Origin: Vitrella brassicaformis CCMP3155
Lineage: Eukaryota > Protista > Chromerida
Assembly (NCBI GenBank): GCA_001179505.1
Contig: CDMY01000613.1
Location: 249,720 to 313,719, forward strand
Direction: 5' to 3'
DNA: 64,000 bases
In this document: positions 25,191-34,255 of the stretch, piece after piece
Numbering within the stretch: the stretch's first letter is position 1
Layout: each line of letters starts with the position of its first letter
Program-made: the position numbers and the translations under genes
Notes under the pieces: model-generated
The model's input: only the letters and a program-made list of their open reading frames with translations
Told to the model about the DNA's origin: nothing
Databases searched by the model: none

Positions 25191-26902
25191 ATGATGCGCA
25201 TCGCCGTCGTCTTCGCTCTCCTCGCCTTGACAGCGGCAGTGGCCGATCCCTATCACCATGACAGTCACTACACGTGTCCCAAGGGCTGGACCCTCAAGGG
25301 GGATGGCAAGGACGCCGTCTGCTACAAGAAGACCACCACCCACGCCAAGGTGGGACACTCACGCACACGCGACAGGCGCATGCACCCCTGGGGTGGCTTC
25401 GCGAGGGAAGGGGGGTAGATCTGGGCAGAGATCATCATCAGGGGGAGGCACGTGCAGTCAGGGAAGGCCAGTGGACGGCCTGGGATGCACGCATGTGGCC
25501 GGATCTGTGTCCGTGTCTCGCTCATGTGTGTCTGGTGGGGTGTGTGTGTGTGTGTCTGTCTCCTCCCTCACCCACCCTGCAGGAGGAGTGCCCCAAGGGC
25601 ACCAAGCCGGAGGGCGGCTACCACAGGAGGAGGGGTGGTGTGGTCGCGGGTCTCCTCGGCATCCTCTTCGGCGGCAGTAGCAAGGGCAAGTACGTCGAAC
25701 TGACCTGGTGAGTGAGAGTGCGTGTGTGAGTGAAGGGCATGGCATGCACCCATGCATCAAGGCGACACCGGCAACCAATTGGATGGATGTTCACATGTCC
25801 GCTGCTCTCTCTTCCCCCCCTCCCTCCCTCCCTCCCTGCTTGCCTACAACAGCTACCGATACGAGGAGCATCCCGCTGAGAAGAGCATGCACTGCCCCAA
25901 GGTGAGCGAGTACACACAAGCGGACAGGCACACTGGCGGAGAGGGGAATGGTCTGTCTGTGTGGGGTACGGTACAGGTTTACGAGCAGTACGACCACGAG
26001 TGCAAGAAGACCTCCTATGCCGATCTCGACTCTTACTGCGAGAAGGGCTACGACATGACCAAGGGCGGCTGCTACACCTACGAGTACAACGAGGAGGAGG
26101 TGGCCCACGAAGTCTACTGCCCAAAGGTGGGTGGACGGACGACTGAGTGGATGACACATTCGCCGCAATGTGTGCGCGTGTGCTGCAGGGCTACACTGCC
26201 AGCTCCAAGGACGGCAAGTGCGAGAAGTGCTGGACGGACAAGAAGGAGACCCACTGCGACTACAAGAAGATGATGACCAAGTGCCCCAAGGTGAGTCGAG
26301 CGACCAGAGCGCAGCACAGACTACACCCACCTCACACACACACCCCACACCCATTGCTGCACATCGCACTCGTTTTCTCTCTCACACAGGGCTACGACGA
26401 GAGACACTACGGCAAGGAGTACAAGTGCGTCAAGTACACGGAGGAGAAGCATGAGGGCCAGATGTACTTCAAGTGCCCGAAGGGGTATGAGCAGTATGAT
26501 GACGTAAGTATGAGGAGCGGGGGGGGGCAAGGCCAGCGGAATGGAGAATGGAATGGAGGGCTCGGTTGTGCTGTGTGTGCCTCAGAAATGCATCACCTAC
26601 CACACGACTGACCCTGAGTACGAGTGGCACTGCCCCAAGGGGTACAAGCTGTCTCGCGGCAAGTACTCCTACCGTGGCAAGAAGGGCCACCATGAATATG
26701 TCTGCAAGGCCAAGAAGGAAGTCCACCCCGACTACCATTGCCCCAAGGTGGTGATGAAGAACAGACAGACGATGGCCGTCACATTCGCCTCGATCATCGA
26801 CCGCTTGTGTGTGTGCAGGGGTATGAGCTGCACAAGCACGAGTGCGTCGGCTACAAGGAGATGCCCGCCAGGAAGCAACACAAGAAGGGCTACGGCTATT
26901 AG
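25191..26902 (+). CDS. Secreted Cys/Tyr/Lys/His-rich protein with CPKG repeats, similar to oocyst wall proteins (COWP/OWP type)
   Basis: Signal peptide MMRIAVVFALLALTAAVA-DP. Eight CPK[G/V] units (CPKGWTL, CPKGTKP, CPK|VYEQ, CPK|GYTA, CPK|GYDE, CPKGYEQ, CPKGYKL, CPK|GYEL), each followed by further Cys. Ends KQHKKGYGY* (TAG 26900-26902). Confidence 0.7.
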
Positions 26903-28130
26903 AAGCATGGCGCCACACATAGCCGTCACTTGCGTGCGTGATGTATGATCGCACCCACCCACACTCCCATCGCACCGCTGACATACACACTCACTCACAC
27001 AAGGACTGTTCTCGGCTATCGCACCATTCGTCCACATCTATCGCACCACACACCCCCACCCCCTCACTCCGACACACACGCCTTCGTACGTACTTGGACA
27101 GGGCTTTCTGTCTGACTGATTAGGTTAGTAAGGGTCTGGCTGTCTGGCTGTCTGTTTGTCTGTCTGCCTGGCTGTCACTCGGTCTGGTGTTTGGGTGCGT
27201 TTTAAGCTTTATGTGGCTAGTTAGTACGCGGACGGGAGGGCGGGGGGAGGCATAGTTCATGTCAGTGTCTGCTCGTAGCGCATGGGTGGCTTGGCTCTCA
27301 TCCGGCGGGGCCCCCAGCTAGCAATGGCGACCAATTAGGACACCCGTGTTTTTCTGTGACACACACACACTCGCGCAATGACGTGCATCGCCATTTGCTC
27401 AAGGCGCACACAAAGAAGGAGACGGCATTTCGGTGGTTTTCGGTTACTATGTAGCAAGCAGGAGGAAGGAGGGAGAGAGGGGGGCGAGAAGGGTGAAGGG
27501 AGGGAGGGACGGGGCGGGAAGAATGATGGATGCCTGAGCGCCTGATCTCATTAGGTCCACTCATTAGGTCTAGTGTTTCGGTGCATGCACTGTGCTGACT
27601 TTTATCTGTCCGTTACTTTTGGCCGTGGGGTTTCTTTCTTTCATTCCAGCACGGACGAGCACATAGATGGACGGGTAGGGGACGATCCATGGGATGAGAC
27701 ACACAGTGGGGGACCAGAGACATCCACGAATATCACTTACGCAACCAACACACGTTGACGAGATGTAAACGGGCAGGAGACATTAGACATTCGTCCAGAG
27801 CATCTCCACCACGCCGACGCACCAAAGACGGATATATGGGTTGACTTGTGGCAGAGAGACAAACCAACCCTTGATTTGATTTGTGAACCACTGCCCAGCA
27901 CCAACCTACAGATATGTCACACGCGTCCAAAGCACGAGTCCACATGAGCTAGTTCGTATGGCACATAATACAACAAAAGACAAACACTTGAATCCAGCAC
28001 ATCAAAGTGAAGCGAACAGAAGCCCACAAAGACCACCCCAGTAATGACGACTTCAAGCAAGCATTCGTTCATTCGTTCGTTCGGTACATGCAACCATACC
28101 CTGCGCTGTGCGTGGACTGACTGTTACATA

Positions 28131-29196
28131 TTATGTCTCAAGTGGAGGCACGCCCAGCCCCGACTGCTCCCTTTGTATCTCGTCAAGCACCGCTTCGGCA
28201 TCGTCGTCTGCCTTCGGGATGACCTCCACGACCTGATCGAACGTGTAATTCGCCACGTCGTATTGCCACTTGATGAGCTCGGGATTGGCCAGCACTTCGG
28301 CAAGCTCGGCGCCCTGCTTGACGTAGACCGGCCCCTGGACGGTCTTGTCCTCATCAACAACGGCCGACGCGACGATCCCAGTGTTCTGGTTGAATGTCAC
28401 GACGCCCAGCTCTTCACTCGTCCCCTCAGGCGTGAGCTGCGGCGCATCTTCTCCTGTGGGGAACTCCAGACCCGCGAAGGAAGGGCTGGCCGGCAAATTC
28501 CCCATCATGTCGTCCGTCACGCCGAGAAAGGCTCCAAGGGCTGCCATGGAGTTGTCTCCCCCAGATGGGTTGAGAGGGGGAATGTTCTCCATGTCGATGA
28601 GGCCGATAAGGGAGGGACCCTCCTCCGAGATGAGCTCGAAGAAAGCCGCCAGTTCCTCGGGGGGAGGGATTGGCAGGTCTCCTGGTATTCCTGTCGGGAA
28701 TGGCGGCAAGTCGCCAAACCCTGGCGGGCCGCCGGGTGGGGTCGGAAATGGCAAGTCGCCAATGCCTGGCGGGCCAGGTGGCTCTTTCGCCCCCTCCTCT
28801 GGCAGCAGGCCCAGGGGGTCCTTGGGGAGGCCCTTCGAATCTTCCTTGGATGGTGGCCCTGGGGGGAAGAAATCTGGTGGCTCCTTGGCTGGCTCTTGTT
28901 CGGGGATGACGACGGCTTGCCAGCCAGCCGGCCGCCTTGCGCTTTCGCCGCGCCCCAGCCTCCGCCTCCTTGCCGGTCTCGCTGATTGTTGTGGAAGCAG
29001 GGAAGGCTCGTTGCTCTGCAGAAGCTTGTTGAGGAAGTCCGGGCATTTGGCTTCCAGCTTTGACCGAAGGGCTGGGATGGAGGGGTAGGTGACGAACCTC
29101 GTGTGGAGGCGGTACGGGACAACGCCGTCCCACCAACGGAGCTTGGGCAGCCTGAAACACAGGACGCCGCACGATAGGCCGCACTGACAGGAAGAC

Positions 29197-29229
<33 letters not shown>

Positions 29230-32200
29230 ATGAGAGGCACATACATACACACATACATACACACATACATACGGGGAAGGCAAGTCAAGTGTCATTGCTT
29301 GCAAGGCGGTCAATAGGTTGGTAAGTTTCTCCCTCTTTAGTGTCCCGTACCAGTTTGAAGTCGATTGCGGCTGTGACAGGGCATCCATCCTTGATGAGCT
29401 CGACGGGCGCGCACTTGTCATTGCTGGCTTGGTACTCAAGCGGCGCCTCCTCGCAGTGTGACCGCCTTGCGTACACGTGGTCCACCCACATCCAAGCGCT
29501 GCACTTTGGCCGCATGTTGACCTGCGATGCTTCGACTTGCAGCAGGCGCCTGCGTCTCCGTGCAGCGGGCTTGCTGTCCATGTAGTCGCTGAGGTACTGG
29601 GCACCAATCCTCGCCCCGTTGAGGAAGGTGACGGCGACCTTGCCGCCGATGTTGTCCACATCATCGACTGATTGGATGTTGAGCGCATCGTCGACGCCCT
29701 CATTGACAAAGTCGAGCCCCCCGTTGATCTGCGCCAGGAATGGGTAATCTTCGATCGGGTTGGCCCCTGGCTGCTGCATGACACCTTCTGAGAACTGATT
29801 CAGCAGCTGACCGGCACCAGTCATGGCCGCCTGGCCCTGGTCGGAGCCCAAGAACTCTGCCACCGCTGCCGCCTCTCCCAGGTAGCCGAGGTCGTCTCCC
29901 TCTCCGGTCTCGCCATTGGCCGCCTGCACAGTGACCTCCCACGTCGCCTCGCCCCTCACGGTCGTCGTGTCGTTGACAGTGGTCACCCAGCACCGACATA
30001 TGACATTGTTGTTTGCCCCTTGGTGGCGAAGCTCGTTCTCGTAGAGGATGGTGTCTCCCGTCCTGTATACTCGCATGCCGCAGCTGCCTTCGCCCTTGAA
30101 TATCGCTGTGGCGCAGACGTCCCCTCCGAAGTCGTTGGGGTCGGTGAAGATGTCGCTCCTCAGGGTCGCCTTGCACTGTTCGGTTCCGCTCAGATATGCA
30201 GGCCTGCGAAAAAAAGAAAGAAAGGAGCAAGACAGCCAGGAATGCTTTGCGTCATGTCTCGATGCCTAGCTTCCGCTGTATGAAAAGAACTGCGCTTACG
30301 CGAACGCGCCTTCGTATTGGCCGTTGAGGGCCACTAATGGAATGCAGCACTTCATGCCTTGATTGAAACACTCAACCTTCGGCCTGCCCGCTACACGCGC
30401 ATGCGCACACGAGATACAGACGAGAGAGAGACATGTACCAGCCAGAGTACCCATCTATGTGACATACATATATACGGCTGATCTCCTTTTGTCTGACTTA
30501 CATCCTGCGGGAGGCAGGCTCTCCAGTTTGAGGTTGGGGTCCTGGGCAGGCACAGGCAGCCGCTTGACCACGCCTGCGTCCCTCGCAACCAGTGCCAGCG
30601 AAGCCACCTGACCGACATCCACATACTTGGCGACTTCCATGCCCAGATTCAGACCAGTGGACAGCGCCTTTGAGCCAGTCGACAGAAGTGCGGGCAGATC
30701 CTGGGCGAAGGCACTGTCCCCAGCCAGGGCAGCAGGGAAGGTACCCAAGGGGAACGGGGCTGCGGCTCCAGGGAGGAAGATGCCACCGGCATTCGCCAGC
30801 CCCCCTGCCAGTCCCCCTGATGCCTGTTCGTTTTGTGCGCCTTGGTCGTTCTGGCACACCGCCGGACCGGACACGGTGCCTGGGGACGAAAACTGGCCGG
30901 TAGGGTTGCTGAAGAGGGTGCACTCGTTGGGCGGCCTGAACGAGAATTTGGTGCAAGCCACGGGAGTCAAGGTCTGCTCGCAGACGGCCTGGCAGGCGGC
31001 TGCTGTGTTGAAAGCCGTCGGTCTGTCGATGACAGTGCCGCCGTCCAGTACAGTGTTGTCCGTAAAGCAGTTCACAGAACCTGACACGCGTAAGCAGACG
31101 CACCGCAGGCACGATGTCAAGTACGCCAGCCGATGAAGTTGTCTGCTTGCTCACCTTGTGGTGCGGCTCCATTCGCTGCGACAAGTGCGCTGAGCAATGC
31201 TGCAGCCGGATCGTTCTGCTGACCCACTTGCTGCCCCTGTCCGGCACTAATGGCGCCTGCCATTTGCCCCGCCAGCTGTGCACCGGCACCAATGATGTCA
31301 CCGATGGGGATCTCGCTGATGGGGATGCCCTGCAGGCGGCGTCTTCTTACGTCTCTGGCCGACTTTTTGCGCTGCTGGAAGTTGAACCAGGACTGTGCGT
31401 AGTCCTTGAAGAGAGGCATCGCGGGAACCTGGCCTGGCGTGAAGATGCGGCGGTTGCCGCTGAGGAGGGAGGCGAGAAGCATGTCGGGCGCTACCATGTC
31501 TCCGAGGGCCGCCTGAACCATGGCTGCTGTTCCAAGAACAGACGCCGTCGCCAGGCTGGTGCCTGTGTAGGTAGTCTGTTGGCCGGATGAGTCCAGGGTG
31601 AGCAGACTGCCAGGAGCCCACAGCACGTTCCGTGTGATGAAAGGTATGTTGGTGTAGTCTGTCGGCTTCCCAGTCGCCGCATCGATGGAGCACACACAGA
31701 GAAGGGCCGCACCGGGGACATCACAGAGGTTCCAGTCCAGGTAATTCTTGAGGCTGACTGGTGTCTTGGAGCCTTGCAGGGTGGGCAGTGGGGTCGACTG
31801 GAGCTGCGGCTGAATGCCTTCGTTGCCGCACGGGATGAAGAATACGTGGCCGAAGCGCGATGCCCTTTGCATGGCCGTCTTGAGGATGTGGGGTCCGGCT
31901 TTGGCCTGCTGTGACGAAGGGAACTCGCCGAACCCAAGGGCGAGGTAAGCCATCGATGCCCTCTGCTGAACAGAGTATTCGATGGCCGCCAGCACATCAG
32001 CAAGGTCGGCTCCGCCCTTCTCTTCGTCCCAGACTTTCAGCGGCATCGCGAGCGGCGCAATGCCAAAAAGCTTTGCATTGCAGCCAATGCCCTTCACCGA
32101 TGTGGTCGTGTCCTTGGTGTCGACCTTGCTGTCGCAGTTGCCGGCATAGAGCACTCCTGCCGCTGTGTCGTGGGTACCCACCCCGCTGGCGAGCGCCTTT

Positions 32201-33198
32201 GCTTCGCTGTAGCCGCTTCCGCCCTTCTGTGGAGGCTTTGTGAAGTCGTAGCCGACGAAGTCGTCCACGAATCCATTGCCGTCGTCGTCGATGCCATTGT
32301 GGGGGATTTCGCCATTATTGCGAAAGAAGACGTCACCGACCAGCTGGTCGGCCGGCCGGCCCTCCTGCTTTTCCACTTCAGCCGCCTCCTGCACATTGGC
32401 GACTCCCTCCCAAGACGCGCCTCCCAGCTCCCCCATTGACATGGGTGCCATGGCCTCGATGAAGAAGTCCATGCCCGTGCCGATAAAGGAACTGAGGACC
32501 CCCCGCTGTCGCCCGGGAGCTTGATCAGAGCTCGTCTCTGCTCGTCTAGCATATTCTGACCCCTGGTAGGCGTTGAGGACATCCTGTAGCGGACCGACCC
32601 CGCCGAAGAGCTCGTCAGTGGTCTGGCGGAACCATTGGAAGTCCATGCGCTCGGTTGTCTTTATGTCGCCGCTCGGCCCGTTGGGGCTGAGAAGGTTTCC
32701 CAAGAAGCCGCCTTGGGAGGCTTGCGTCTGGGAGATGCTGGTCATGAGGAAGGACGGCGTACACGTGACCATGTTCTGATAGGGCCTGAGCAAGTCCCTC
32801 AAACAAGCATACTGGGTCTCGTCTCGCACGCTGAAAAGCTCGATGCCAAGCGATGGGAGAAACTGGTTGCTGAATAGCTCTGGGCACAAAGCAATGCGCC
32901 CTCGCCATGCTGACATGAGGTCGTCCAGCAGGCTTACGCGATTGGCGTCGAGGTTGCGTTGTAAGCCGTCGTTGAATAGGCAGATGACGCGCCTTAGCGG
33001 GCCCTGGGAGCCTCCTTTGGACGGTTTGGGACCCTCTTGTGTGCCAGAGGTATCTCTGCCCGGCGGGAACGGGCCACCGAATACGGGCGGGGATGGCGAT
33101 GGAGGCCGCAACGGGAAGAGTTGCCCTGTCGCCGTGATGAACAGACAGAGCGACGCAAGTGTCAGCAGGCAGACACGGGAGCCCGAGGAAGCAGTCAT
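28131..33198 (-). CDS. Secreted 1539-aa multidomain protein: prodomain + degenerate S8 subtilase + PAN/Apple + ZP-N-like + ZP-C-like + Pro/Gly-rich tail
   Basis: Manual model with exons 33198-31155, 31080-30502, 30390-30300, 30203-29351 and 29183-28131 (4620 nt, phases 1,1,2,0, all consistent, all GT-AG). Signal peptide MTASSGSRVCLLTLASLCLFITATG-Q. The ORF track extends upstream to 33306. Confidence 0.75.
29070..29660 (-). other. ZP-C-like domain
   Basis: NIGGKVAVTF ... NMRPKCSAW ... VELIKDGCP (29378-29398) ... FRLPKLRW ... YRLHTRFV, resembling the ZP-C motifs CxA, LIxxGCP and FxFxxF. It is interrupted by an RRRRRLLQ loop. Confidence 0.55.
29984..30383 (-). other. ZP-N-like domain (split over exons 3 and 4)
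   Basis: Spliced sequence PKVECFNQGMKCCIP...AYLSGTEQC...FKGEGSCGMRVYRTGDTILYENEL...VICRCWV. It reproduces the ZP-N spacing V-x-C...m, Y-L...C, C-G...I-x-Y-x-N-x-L, C-x-aromatic. Confidence 0.65.
30854..31077 (-). other. PAN/Apple domain
   Basis: Six-Cys pattern VNCF..TAAACQAVCE..VACTKFSF..NECTLFS..SGPAVC, including the C-x3-C core and terminal SGPxxC typical of apple domains. Confidence 0.85.
31400..32500 (-). other. Peptidase S8 (subtilisin-like) domain, apicomplexan SUB1/bacterial type
   Basis: Ca-binding insert NGEIPHNGIDDDGNGFVDDFVGYDF; His motif THDTAAAGVL; AMPLKV; LAAIEYS; oxyanion Asn CGNEG; Ser motif GTSLATASVLGTAA. The Asp motif reads FIGTGMD instead of IDTGxD. Confidence 0.85.
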
Positions 33199-34255
33199 GA
33201 TCTGCTCAAGAACAAGCACGCGCAAGCAGTACATCATGACTCGCTGACAGAGGCATTGACATCCTCGTTCATTAATTACCCGATGTGATGAGATGTCGCG
33301 GTCCATTCAACGAGGTGCACGAAGAGGAGAGGACCGAGGAGGAGCTCAAGCGAAGCCGATAGGTCCGCGAACTTGCTTGATGATGATCTCGGCCCCACGA
33401 GCTCGCAATGGGGCCGAGAAGAGCGGCAACAGATTTGGACAAGACGTACACCTGGGAGTGACGAGCAAATGCCGGAAAGACACACGACTGTCCAACGAAA
33501 CCGAGGCAAATACTGTTGGCTGGTGAGAGACCGTCAACTAAGTTGGTGTATCCATCATTGCGTCACAAGTAGAGTTGTCTCCGGCCACTTGCTTGATGGT
33601 GTCTACTTGTACTCCGTGGCGACATTATCACGCCATTGGCAGGTCTTGCTTGGTAAGCAAGATCACGAAGCAAGATCTTTGATTTTCCAATATACAGCGA
33701 ACGAACGAGATGCGGCTGAGGCATGCAGTATACTTACGAGAATGGGCTGCTCGGAAGTATACTGTAGAGGAGTAGACACACAGTAGTAGAGACGCGATAG
33801 AGGAGTAGTAGAGACACGGTATGAAGGTCAGATTAAGCGTGCCATATCCATTTTCAGATTGACCATTCAACATTCATTGATCCATTTATCCATCTTGGCA
33901 AAGAGGTCCAGAAGTGAATGATTCATTCAATCATCCGTTCATCGCTGACACATCGAAGGTGATTGAGAGCGTGTCAGTGATGAGTAAGTGGCAATGCGAT
34001 ATCACACTGGACGTGCGTCACGAGTTTGTTCATCATGACAACATTGACCGAGCGAAGTATTCATGACATGCATCAGAATTAGAGAAATCCATAGCGCATG
34101 ATTTGACGAGAAAGCAAAGCAGAAGGCCAATCAAAGGCCCCAAAGCACATCCTCAATGACATGTCTACATCTGTGTACGACGGCACGCTGCAGTGACTGC
34201 ACATGACACGATCGCGAAGCCGCCGCATGGACTCTAGAGACATATGTAGGTCCAG

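Noticed and set aside
27200-27570. Possible small minus-strand gene (ORF 27298-27564)
   Set aside because: Short frames with early stops, a weak donor site and no recognisable motif.
29155-29165. Alternative acceptor TTCAG|GCTGCC for the last exon of the subtilase/ZP-like gene
   Set aside because: With the phase-0 donor at 29350 it enters the low-complexity frame 28426-29784. The acceptor at 29184 keeps the frame containing FRLPKLRW and the coherent C-terminus.
33373-33873. ORFs 33373-33786 and 33628-33873 in the AT-richer spacer
   Set aside because: No coding-like bias or motif; probably promoter/terminator DNA between the DUF3712 and subtilase genes.
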